A stretch of DNA of 63,526 bases, counting the filler, from Dicyema japonicum (Eukaryota > Animalia > Dicyemida): the NCBI GenBank assembly GCA_011109175.1. It is 9 parts of 9 records of this genome, joined end to end, with 100 filler letters (N's around TTAATTAATTAA, not from the genome) between each part and the next. Parts side by side here need not be neighbours in the genome. Positions count along the whole stretch, not along the records: positions 10,957 to 15,310 come from RDEW01000314.1; positions 15,411 to 37,719 come from RDEW01000068.1; 7 more parts are not named here. The stretch is one strand, 5' to 3'. Shown piece by piece: positions 13,901-25,420 of this stretch. The translations under genes and the position numbers were made by a program. The number at the start of each line of letters is the position of its first letter. Position 1 is the stretch's first letter. The notes beneath the pieces were generated by a model, which saw only the letters and a list, made by a program, of their open reading frames with translations, was not told the origin of the DNA and did no database searches.

Positions 13901-15310
13901 AACAAGATAATAATGTAAATTCAGAATACACTTACAAGTAAACGTTAAAATAATGGAAATTGAGTATACAAATACAAATAAACCAGATAATAAAGGAAAT
14001 TTAGAATAAACATAAAAATAAACCAGATAATAATGGAAATTCAGAATACTCTTACAAATAAACCTAATAAGAATGGAAATTCAGAATACACTTACAAGTA
14101 AACCTGATAATAATGAAATTCAGCATACACTTACAAATAAACCAGATAAAAATGAAATTCTGAATACACTTACAAATAAACCTGATAATATGTAAAGTCA
14201 TTATACACTTAGAAATAAACCAAATAATAATGGAAATTTAGAATACACTTACAAGTAAACCTGATAATAATGGAAATTCACCATACACTTACAAAGAAAG
14301 CAGATAATAAAGGAAATTCAGAATAGACTTACAAATAAACCTGATAATAATGAAATTCAGAATACACTTACAAATAAACCTGATAATAAAGGAAATTTAG
14401 AATAAACATAAAAATAAACAAGATAATAAAGGAAATTTAGAATAAACATAAAAATAAACAAGATAATAATGGAAATTCAGAATACACTTACAAGTAAACG
14501 TTAAAATAATGGAAATTGAGTATACAAATACAAATAAACCAGATAATAAAGGAAATTTAGAATAAACATAAAAATAAACAAGATAATAATGGAAATTCAG
14601 AATACTCTTACAAATAAACCTAATAAGAATGGAAATTCAGAATACACTTACAAGTCAACCTGATAATAATGAAATTATGAATACACTTACAAATAAACCT
14701 GATAATAATGAAATTCTGAATACACTTACAAATAAACCTGATAATATGAAAGTCAGTATACACTTAGAAATAAACCAGATAATAATGGAAATTTAGAATA
14801 CACTTACAAGTAAACCTGATAATAATGGAAATTCAGCATACACTTACAAATAAACAAGATAATAAAGGAAATTCAGAATACACTTACAAATAAACCTGAT
14901 AATAATGAAATTCTGAATACACTTACAAGTAAACCTGATAATAATAGAAATTCAGAATACACTTACAAATAAACCAGATAATAAAGGAAATTCAGAATAC
15001 ACTTACAAATAAACCTGATAATAATGAAATTCTGAATACACTTACAAATAAACCTGATAATATGGAAAGTCTGTATACACTTAGAAATAAACCAGATAAT
15101 AATGGAAATTCAGAATACTCTTACAAATAAACCTAATAAGAATGGAAATTCAGAATACACTTACAAATAAAGCAGATAATAAAATAAATTCAGAATAGAC
15201 TTACAAATAAACCTGATAATAATGAAATTCTGAATACACTTACAAGTAAACCTGATAATAATAGAAATTTAGAATACACTTACAAATAAACCAGATAATA
15301 AAGGAAATTC
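10957..15310. repeat. Tandem satellite, 39/40-bp unit AAATAAACC(A/T)GATAATAAT(G)GAAATTC(A/T)GAATACACTTAC, about 110 copies, truncated by spacers on both sides
   Basis: Periodicity is directly visible; mixed 39- and 40-nt units break any long ORF. Confidence 0.97.
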
Positions 15311-15410
15311 NNNNNNNNNNNNNNNNNNNNNNNNNNNNNNNNNNNNNNNNNNNNTTAATTAATTAANNNNNNNNNNNNNNNNNNNNNNNNNNNNNNNNNN
15401 NNNNNNNNNN

Positions 15411-15860
15411 AGCGATGTAAGGTCATAGGCTTTCTAAGGTGCTCTTGCGTACGTCAAATTTTCCAAGTTCTTCAATAATGAAATTTCCCCGTGTATGGGA
15501 GTTAATTCATGAATCCCCAGAATATAATTCCAAGTCCTAAAGGCAGGAATCGAGAGGGGTAAGTATATGTTTCTGATCATGACAAATCCAATGTTGTCGA
15601 CACAGAGAGTCTGAATAACTCAGTGGGGGTTAGTAAATGGTCATATTCCCTTCCTGTCAAAAGTGATAAGTCTTCTTCCAAAGTCTGAGGATTGGACTTA
15701 TCGAATGACGTCGTAACCAGGTAAGGCAGAGAGTAGATAAGTGAGTATCATCTTGTGTTTAGGTAAGTGCCCATAGATCAATAATTCTTCCTTTTACCTC
15801 GTTAATGGTAGAAAGCCAGAGATAACTATCTGGTCCTCCAAAATTTTATTAGTCATCTTT
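15411..15860 (-). mobile_element. Degenerate LINE APE endonuclease fragment
   Basis: Remnants of YIP.S and ILGDS.N-like motifs, with many stops. Confidence 0.35.
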
Positions 15861-17039
15861 CCTATTTGCATTATATTCACATGACGAATTTGATATTCAT
15901 AAGGTCACATAATCTTATACCACTAGTTACGTTTTTTTTAAACGAAACAAAAAATTAAAGTTAGAGGTCCACAGCCATTATACCTGGGTGGCTATTATCT
16001 CTAAGGATTTTAATGGCCAGTATCCTTCGTGGGGATCTTCCACTTATTGTTTGATAAAACATATGAAATTTAGGAGTCACGTGGTTTTATCGTTGGTTTG
16101 AGTCTTTAACTCAACCGGAGTTTTTTAAGTTATTTGAACAATTTCGTTAATTGGTCGGAGGGTCGAGGTGGCGTACGTCTATCGAACGAGACATCAACCT
16201 CCTTTATGGCGGATGAAACCCCTTGTTTTCCTTCTCGTGATCATGAACGAGGCAACGGACTCAGGAGATATCAGAAACCCAAGTTCTAAACAGAGGAAGT
16301 GAGCGTTGATCCTAGAATTAAATCTGCCTTTGAGAGTGAGAAGGACAAAAAGTCTAGTTAGGGTGTTTATAACAATTTCAGTCGTCCTCAAAAGGATATA
16401 AGATTTTTTGGCAAAAAAATATATTTTGTATTTGACTATCGCTTTAGGTGGTTTGTACCTCCAATTCCGACGTAATGCCTAGATTGGACTCGACTGGTTC
16501 CTTTGAAATTGTCAGTGGACCCAGACTCTGTTATGTGTATTTATCAAATCTTCGTTCGAAAAGTTGATTGATCCTGACTCCATCTAGCCTTTTACATTCT
16601 TAGCTTTCTACAATTCGGACAAAATTCGAAGTCATTTCATTTTGCTCCTGCGTAAAAAGAAAGAAATGAGTGAGTAATTAGTAGGTATAAGATTAGAACA
16701 CAGCTGTTTTACACGAATATTGGGTCAGAGTTGTGAATGCTAATTTCAACAGAAATTGTTATTATCACGATTGGATTGTGTATACGTAATAGAATCCTTA
16801 GTTGTTTTCTTAGAAAAGCATTAGGTTATCAACACATCTCCGAGTTAGTTCCCACGTTTCCGAGATGTAGAGCAGTATGGTAAGGAAGAAAGTATTGTAT
16901 GCTGATATCATTGATGTCCTCGAAAACAAAATCAGGTCATCCGCATATCTTAATTCCTAGATAGAAATAGGACAATTTTTAGCTCTTGGATAACAAATTC
17001 ACTTAAAAATGATTTTTACGCATTTTATAATTAACATTA

Positions 17040-17165
17040 TTCAAAGGTTATTAAACTTTATGACAATTTTTAAACATTTTGACAAAGTTATTAAACATTT
17101 TGGAAAAGATATTAGAAATTTTGGCATAGTTATAAAACTTCATGGTTATGTTATTACACAAATCG
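17040..17165. repeat. Degenerate 21-bp minisatellite (about 6 units, TTATTAAACATTTTGGAAAAG-like)
   Basis: ttttaaacattttgacaaag / ttattaaacattttggaaaag / atattagaaattttggcatag / ttataaaacttcatggttatg. Confidence 0.6.
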
Positions 17166-17337
17166 GAGAACACTGTATAATAAGTGAATTTTATTAAATT
17201 ATTTTTTAATTTTATTTATTAATTAAATGGTTGATTTAATAAAATTATTATTAATTATAACGACTGTAATTTATGTAATAATTTTAATTTCTTGTGGTTA
17301 ACTAGTGTATTCATTATTTTGATATTTAATCCTATAG

Positions 17338-18109
17338 ATGTTCTTTTTCTTTATACTATACCTTACATTCTGCATTTTGACACAAAAATATTGTCAATTA
17401 GAAATTAATCAGTTGAAACGACTGTATTAAATATTAATTATTAAGAAATTGGATTAATTGTACAGTTTCTGTCCTACAGATTGATTCTCGATTTAAATAT
17501 TTATATATTCAAAACATTAAATTTGAAAAGGATGCCAAATTTTCATTTATTGGAGTGAATGTGAGTATTTTGTATTAAATATTACTTATTCATAGTTAAT
17601 GTCTTTATGATGAAAGCTTAAAATATATAAACAAACGTACTTTTCAAGTTACAATTGGAAGCTTGTTATATATATTATTAATTTAATAGGAGTATGCAAC
17701 AATGCAATTCCCTTACATACATCGCGATTGATTTTGCTGAACAATTAACATTACTTTACCTTATGTACATTTTTTTAATTTATGTAGTTTCTTTCCAGAC
17801 AGAATAAAAGTTATTCAAGCATTTAATGTCAGAAATGTTGATTTATTTAAGTATTTTTAATAATAATATAGTGTCATCGTGTGCAGGGATTCATTCGATG
17901 ATGCAGTGGCGTATGATATTATATTTATTATAGATATATATCAGATAGAATCATAAATATCCAAAGTAATACCATGTATATGTTCGAAAGTAATATCTTT
18001 AGACTATACGCCATGACGACAAGTGAAACACGTAATTAATAATATAATTTCAGACTGCAGTGCCTTTGTGGATAAGTACAATGTACTTCCTACTTGCGGA
18101 GTTTACTAA
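17338..18109 (+). CDS. Signal-peptide LRR protein resembling a glycoprotein-hormone-receptor/LGR ectodomain, about 200 aa, no 7TM, one in-frame TAA (possible pseudogene)
   Basis: Eight exons; introns at 17424-45, 17572-95, 17665-89, 17765-87, 17851-71, 17911-33 and 18032-53 (21-25 nt, all GT-AG, the first six phase 2). Product MFFFFILYLTFCILTQKYC...VSIF*CLYDESLKYINKRTFQVTIGSLSMQQCNSLTYIAIDFAEQLTLLYLIFF...AMTTSETHCSAFVDKYNVLPTCGVY*. TAA at 17597-99. Confidence 0.75.
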
Positions 18110-18367
18110 CATTTAACTAACTTAATCGGTTCTTTTTTCGGGTATATAAATTGGTGTTAATTAATTTAAATTTATTATGAATTAAATAATATCCTGGTTA
18201 GACAACAGAATCATACATCTCTACTCTTGACTCGGAAAAAATAACTTCATTAGAAAAACGACGATGAAATGAATCGAATATGATAGGTGTTAAAGAACGG
18301 ATAGGTTTTCTTAGATTTATGAATGACGTGAGCATTATCCCAATTAATTTATTTAGTTTGATCCCTG

Positions 18368-18846
18368 TCGACATAATTGTCGCTGAGTTTTTTCTCAAGA
18401 TATTCAAGGAGATCAATTATATGAACACAATTGCATCTGAGAGAGTCAGGCGTCCAAATTTTTTGAGAATATTCCTTGTCGAAGATTTTAAATATATTGG
18501 CACACAACTTCTTTTGTCATCTCGTGTCAACCTCCACGGATCAACAACCTGAATTTTTTAGAGCTGATCCCTGAACATCGAAGGTGTTTTATTTGTCAGC
18601 CATTTNTCGACATAATTGTCGCTGAGTTTTTTCTCATGATTTTCAAGGAGATCAATTATATGAACACAATTGCATCTGAGAGAGTCAGGCGTCCAAATTT
18701 TTTGAGAATATTCCTTGTCGGAGATTTTAAATATATTGGCACACAACTTCTTTTGTCATCTCGTGTCAACCTCCACGGATCAACAACCTGAATTTTTTAG
18801 AGCTGATCCCTGAACATCGAAGGTGTTTTATTTGTCAGCCATTTGC
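18368..18846. repeat. About 240-bp near-identical tandem duplicate around a single N (probably an uncollapsed overlap or allele pair)
   Basis: 18368-18606 is repeated at 18608-18846 with few SNPs; the same pattern occurs around N19353, N19755, N56309 and N58801. Confidence 0.8.
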
Positions 18847-19029
18847 CCCCGTCTGGTTTATTTCATATAATTTTTTCTGCCTCCAAATTCGAACACATTA
18901 TCTTCCGATAGTATTTCCAAAAATATGGATTTTTTCATAAAATCTTCTCACCCTCAGCCTTTCATATACGGTCCGTTTAATCTTTCCATTATTAGACATG
19001 AAAATCCATAGTGACCTCAATCTAAATGT

Positions 19030-19750
19030 GATATGTTGAACCTTAAGAAAACTAGAGTTTTGGATATTCCCAAATAGGCAGATAGAGATGTCGAAACTAG
19101 GAATACGCCGAGTTTGTTCTCAAAATGAAAAGAGGAATGATTTGGGTCATCTGATGTAAGGATCACATAGCCACGTGAATCAGACAATAATTATAAACAC
19201 CGTTCATCCTGATATGTCTTCAAAAACAAGAACTAGTTTTTTTTTCAAATCAAGGTCGCCAATTAAGATGGTATAGGGATTTTTGTTGTAGAACTCAGAG
19301 ATATCTGTAGAACAAATCTAAGATTCTTGGAGTATAGACCTCAACAGTAATNGAATCAGACAATAATTATAAACACCGTTCATCTTGATTTGTCTTCAAA
19401 AACAAGAACTAGTTTTCTTCAAATCAAGGTCGCCAATTAAGATGGTATAGGGATTTTTGTTGTAGAACTCAGAGATATCTGTAGAACAAATACACATTCC
19501 CCAATAGAAACTGCTCAAGCCTTTTTTGTCTGAAACCTTTGTATTTGAATTTCTAACTTCGGAAGATTTAACCCATTTTTATTTAATGGACGCAATAAAC
19601 TATGGGGTTTAATGTTTCGTCGTCACTTCTTGTTTATGTTGAAATACATATAACCATATAGGATATTGTGATTGACTACATTTCACAATAGGTGATTGTT
19701 CGTTTGATGTCGAATATTAATGAAGTTTCTTTAGATTCGATGTAACTGGT
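19030..19750 (-). mobile_element. LINE APE endonuclease fragment
   Basis: NPYTILIGDLD is a GDxN-type motif; degenerate. Confidence 0.45.
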
Positions 19751-20521
19751 GTAGNGGAAGATTTAAACCATTTTTATTTAATGGACGTAATAAACTATGG
19801 GGTTTAATGTTTCGTCGTCACTTCTTGTTTATGTGGAAATACTTATAACCATATAGGATATTGTGATTGACTACATTTCTCAATAGGTGATTGTTCGTTT
19901 GATGTCGAATATTAATGAAGTTTCTTTAGATTCGATGTAACTGGTGTAGTCTGGAACATTATCTCGATTTTCCATCTAAGAGTTTATGTGGTTGGACCAT
20001 GGAATATCCAACACGAAAGGAAATGGATACTGTTAGCAGATAAATATCTGATCTCGTGAAGACGCATCTACGACTTTATGAAAAGATGGTAATCCAAAAA
20101 AGCTGTAATAATAATTTTTAACTGCCAAAAGTTATGAATTTATAGGTGAGAGGAATCGCCTACAGACGAAATTGAGACTCTTTATTGACAGATAAGATGG
20201 AGATGCTTTATCCAACGGGATATTTGTGATCAAGTCTATAAATTTGGAAGAATGTGTGGATTTGAAAATAGAAGGACAAAGTTTTAAAATTTGAATCAAG
20301 AATCTATCCTTTTGGAAGAGCTATAAAAACTCAATATTTAGTTATTTACTATCAAATTAGCTCCACTGAATGATATAATCTCATTACGTTTTGACTCTGC
20401 TTCGATAACTAGAATGCTTTCTAGTTTCTTCTCTACCACTACCTAAAGATCTCACAGTATTTGATGAATTTTCTTTTGTGTACTTGTTTAATTCTAACTC
20501 AAATCATCACAATTTTGGTTN

Positions 20522-22189
20522 AGATGGAGTGAAAATGTTCAAAGCTATTCAATTAATAAGAAAAAGAGTGCAAGCCCCATAATAATCAATGACATCCTTG
20601 GCAGAATAATTATCGATGAAAAGGACAAAGCAGCTACTATATCTGCTTATTACTATCATATGCATAAATTTGGTGCACAAGTCAAGCATGGTTTGGACAT
20701 CCCAATAAAAACACAAGAATCACTGGATGCAATTAAAAAATTGAAAAATGACAGATCGGCAGGACCAGAGAATATCCCAGCCGAACTTATAAAGTATGCC
20801 CAAGTTGGTAACAATCATTACCAATATACTCAACAAAATATTTAAAGAAAACACTACGTTAGACATTGGCAAGGGTTGGTTAATTCCACTGCAAAAACCG
20901 GGAAAACCCAAAGGGCCCCTTTCCAACCTAAGACCAATCATCCTACTAACTACGCTGCGAAAAATCTTGTCAATCATTACATTGGTAAGAATCAAAGACA
21001 AGGTGGAGTATTTTCTGTCACCAGGACAAAGTGGTTTCCGGTCAGGCAGATCCACTGCCGATGTCATTTGGACACACAGATGGTCAAGTGCTCTATGCCA
21101 AAAATATAAAAAGTGCATAGATGTTCTCGGAATAGACATGTCCAGAGCGTTTGACTCGTTCATAGAGGCAAACTTCTTGAAGTACTCACAAGCTTCCTAA
21201 CAACGGATGATGTCAAAATTATACAAAAACTACTGCAGAATACGCAACTAGCAACCAAACTCGGAAAAACTACTTCAGAATTCTTTTATACTTCACGTGG
21301 AATTCCGCAAGGAGACTCTTTGTCACCAGTTCTATTCATAATCTACCTGGAGGCTGCACTGAGAGATTTCAGGCCTTTAATTGAGAACAACAAAATAATC
21401 GAGTTAATATATGCAGACGATCTTGACTTTGTTTCTGAAGATGTTGAAATTCTTCATCACGTTCTCAAGAACTTACCAAATGCCTTTTCTAAATGGTTCT
21501 TAGTTGTCAACCAAGACAAAACTGAATATACAAAACTTGTACGAGTTGTACGCACTTACGATGAATCATGGAGAAGGCATAAAAAAGTTGGTTCACTACT
21601 TGGAGACTCAGAAGATGTTACCCACAGAAAAATCCTTTCCACTGCTGCATATAAAAAATTCTTAACTATCTGGCGTTCTAAGAAGAGCATAACTACGAAT
21701 ACAAAGCTAAAATTGTATAAAACATTCGTGGTTCCAGTCCTGACATACAACTGTGGGACATGGGGGATTACGAAACGGGAAATGGACAATCTGGATCAAT
21801 TTCATAGAAATCAACTAAGAAACATCTTGAGAATACATTTCCCGAAAAAGATATCAAATTCAGAACTGTACAAAAGATGTGGCTTAAGGCCATTATCAGA
21901 GGAGATTCTCAAGGCTAGGTGGAGACTTTTTGGTCACATCTTACGAATGGATATGTTGACTCCACTAAACATTGCAGTGGAGAACTATTTCGCACAACTG
22001 AAGGGATCATTCCGTGGCAGGCCTAGAATGACGTTGCCTTCAGTACTAAATGACGACCTAATTCGAATAAACAAAACTCTACGAAATGGTGAAGATCTTG
22101 ACTCACTACGAGCAATGGCCCGGAACAGAGGAACATGGAAGAGGATGTGTGGGAGGATACTGGACGTGGCACAAGGGGAACTTAATTAA
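20522..22189 (+). mobile_element. RTE-clade LINE, near-complete RT domain and C-terminus with few frameshifts
   Basis: SAGPENIP, LRPIILLTTLRK, QSGFRSGRST, IDMSRAFDS, GIPQGDSLSPVLF, YADD, LYKTFVVPVLTY and RWRLFGHILR. Confidence 0.95.
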
Positions 22190-22574
22190 TCTAATTAATT
22201 TTTGATTTCCTGGGAGTGCTTTAGAAAAAAATCCATAGTGAACATTCTAAATGGTGATCCTGTCTTCAAGAAGGCGAAATAACAAATTAATGAAAAAATC
22301 TGAAAACTTATTGTCATTGATGGTGGATAATACCACAAAGACGGAAAATTTGTAAACCTGATAGACACTAAATCCCTATGCGGCCTTCGGTTGCTGTTCT
22401 TCAGATAGACACAACGTTCATCAAACAAAGTATGATTTTTCCATTGAAAATTAGGTATTTTTAGGCGAATAAATTTAGATACGAGTTTTAAAGGATTATG
22501 GGACAAATCCATCGCTAAGGTTGAGCAGATTTGAATCTCCGAATTAAGAGCTAAGTAAAATTACTCAAATTTTG

Positions 22575-23705
22575 GCCAAACAGGTGACATATCGACTTAC
22601 AGGTGAAATATAACCAGCACTGGATGAGTAGCCCGTGCGGGATGCGACATAATATTCCATTGCGATATTCGGGGGGATATCGGGTCCAACCTCATGACGT
22701 GTCCAAAAAGTCTCCAACGAGAGCTAATGATCTCGTGACTTAATGGTATACAGTCACACTTATTGTACAGTCCTTTCCGCGAGATCTTGGATGGCCAGGA
22801 CATTCCAGTTATGTTTCTTAAATGATTCCTTTCAGTTTTAGCCATAGGTTTTTCAGCCTGTGTAATGCCGCGTTTGCCATGGTTTTTCTCCGTATGATAT
22901 CTTCACTATCTCCTAATAGGGAGCTAAGTTTCTTTGTGTGTCTCTATTTCTCTTCGAGTGAGTTATTTATTCGTTTTATTTCTATCCATTCTGTTTTTCC
23001 CTGTTCACAGTGAGAAACCATTTTTAAGTATATTCGATGCTTTTTCTAGTACATGTTCCAGGAGTTCTTTGTCTTTAGAGATTAAGTCGAAATCATCAGC
23101 ATAAATCACTTCTATTTTTCCTTGGTATAATGATCTTAGTTCTCTCATGGCGGCCTCCAAGTATATTGTGAATAGTAGCGGAGAGAGGGCGTCTCCTTGA
23201 GGAGTGCCTATGTTTGTTTCAAATTCTCTTGAGTAGGTTTTTCCAACTCTCACAAAGAGCTCTGTGTTAGATAGAAGGATTTGGATCATTCTTAGACTCG
23301 ATTCGTCAATAAACCCTTCCAGCACTGTCATCAATTTGTTCCTGTTAACCGAGTCAAAGGCTTTGGATAGATCTATTCCCAGAATGTGGGTGGCATTGCA
23401 ATATCTTTGATGTGTTGCACATCTCCATCTGTGACTCAAGACTGCATCAGCTGTTGATCTTCCTTCTCTGAACCCACTTTGACTTTCGGGTAGGTATTCA
23501 TTGGCGGGTCCTTTTATTCGTTCCAATGGAATGTTAGCTAAGACTTTCCGTAGAGAATTTGATAATATAATTGGTCGTAAGTTTTCAACCGGTCCTTTGG
23601 GTATATTGGGTTTTTGTATAGGTATTAGTATTCCCGTTCCCAGGGGTAAAGTTGAGTTAGTTGAAAAAATTTCATTTAGTAGTGTAGCGAATTTTTCAAC
23701 AGCCT
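22575..23705 (-). mobile_element. Second RTE-clade LINE RT, tail-to-tail with the previous one
   Basis: QSGFREGRST, IDLSKAFDSV, GTPQGDALSPLLF, YADD and RWRLFGHVMR. Confidence 0.92.
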
Positions 23706-25249
23706 AATGTGATTGTTATTCGTGAAAAATAGTGAAAACGTCAATCATTTTATATAAGAAAGATTAATGGCTAATTTATAGTGTGGATTAAGTCAAATTC
23801 TTTTTTATTTAAAATTATCTTCCGAATGACTGAATTTAAGTATTTTATTGTACAGTTTATTCCAAACCACATTGACATTAGCGCCAATGGACATATCAGA
23901 GAATGATATATTAATGGTCGACAAAGCATATATAAAGGGCTACTCCGGTCAATATTGATATTACAGATTCAGAAATGAAAAGGGTTCGGTCTATAACAAT
24001 CCATTAAAATATTCTGCAAAACAATTCTAGTAACATTGGCACAAATGTGATGGAAGTTACTTTTATCTTAGGAAAACAAGTAAAGAAGACACTTGGAACA
24101 GATCCTAGCGCTTACATCCACGGGAAATTCGTCATAATTTGAAAATGGCTGTAAGGGGATGCAATAACAATTCAGCATGATAGAGCCACAAAGAATGATT
24201 ATGCTTAAGGAGGCCCTGAAGAGACCGTGGAGACCACCTCATAAACACATAACAGTCAAAGGGAGTTACTTTAAAACCGCCTGAATGGTATATGCCTGGA
24301 ATTAATCATACAACTTAAATAAAGAGGGGAGTCCCACAAGAATCAATCCTTAGAGTTCCCACAACCGAACTTATTGAATACAAGACTCCTGAAATATGAA
24401 GATTATTCGTCAATATCTGACGATCTCTGGTGATATAAACGATTATACAGATCACATGGGCTTGACCTTTCCTCAGGTAAACTAAATGCTGTATGTATCT
24501 CTCAGCATAAGAAAAATCATAAATGGAAGTACTGCTTGGGTCGAACGAGAACTTGATGGAAAATATCAGAGTTAGGAGATAAAAACCCTTACAGGCCCTC
24601 TTCTGCTTGCGGATGTTACTTTGACATCTTGAAAGATGTGTTTTATAACTTTTTGAAAAATGTGTTTTTATAAAAATTGTTGATAAAAATATAATAATTT
24701 ATTTAAATTTAATGTCTTTAAAATAAATGACAAAAAAGTTAAAAAATGTCGAAAATATAATATTCCTGCTTATTCTTGTAGTCACATTTTACTGATTATC
24801 TGCAGATATTCAACCTAATACTGGGAGCATGCGGCATATTTGCCTTACTCAGACATGATAGGGCAGTCAAATACGTTTATAGCGGGAAATATTCTCCATA
24901 TCAGTCCATTTGCTTGGAGTGCATCACATTTGGGAGTTTCGTAATCATCGCGTTTTCGCCTCCTTTCGTTATTGGGAGATATATTAGAATGAAGAACTTT
25001 GTCTTAATTGTTTGTACGGTAGTAACTGGCAGTTCTCGTTTGGTCTCGCCATTGCAGTTATGCTTAATGTATTCCCAGTCTACGCGTATTTCCGGTTTTT
25101 CGAGATTTCACGGAATTCGAGTCCTCAACTATTCTGGCCAAAAGGAAACTGCACTCAATTCGTCCCGGTTATTGCGAAGATTATGGACCAAGTGATTATT
25201 CTATTTATTGTAGCTTGACTGTAAGGGAGTCTCCTCCATTCAAAGTCGG

Positions 25250-25420
25250 GTTCTGTGACATTTTAGGTTCCAGTTTATGCCGGTATTCCGTCAAAATGAT
25301 CAACACTTCGGTATCATTGGGACTAATTTAGATATTGTGCACGAGGAATGTGAACTTTTACGCAGTCACACTTCCCTTCGCGACAGTCACCGTCGCTTTT
25401 GTGAACATAATTTTGATGGT
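25250..25420 (-). mobile_element. Possible MULE transposase SWIM zinc-finger remnant
   Basis: EGKCDCVKVHIPRAQ resembles the SWIM pattern CxC...xPCxH, decayed. Confidence 0.3.

Noticed and set aside
10957-15310. CRISPR array or repetitive protein-coding gene (NKPDNN.. or YSEFPLL.. ORFs)
   Set aside because: There are no unique spacers and no cas genes, the context is eukaryotic, and mixed 39/40-nt units frameshift every unspliced frame.
18368-19950. Tandem duplications of 130-240 bp as real repeats or LTRs (also 56121-56460, 58570-58881, and 54121-54187 vs 54794-54863)
   Set aside because: They are centred on single Ns or contig ends, typical of uncollapsed overlaps or haplotypes.
20522-23705. 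Bacterial retron, group II intron or DGR reverse transcriptase system
   Set aside because: The motifs and the associated APE domain (4860-6764 family) identify eukaryotic RTE LINEs; there is no msr/msd, TR/VR pair or intron RNA.
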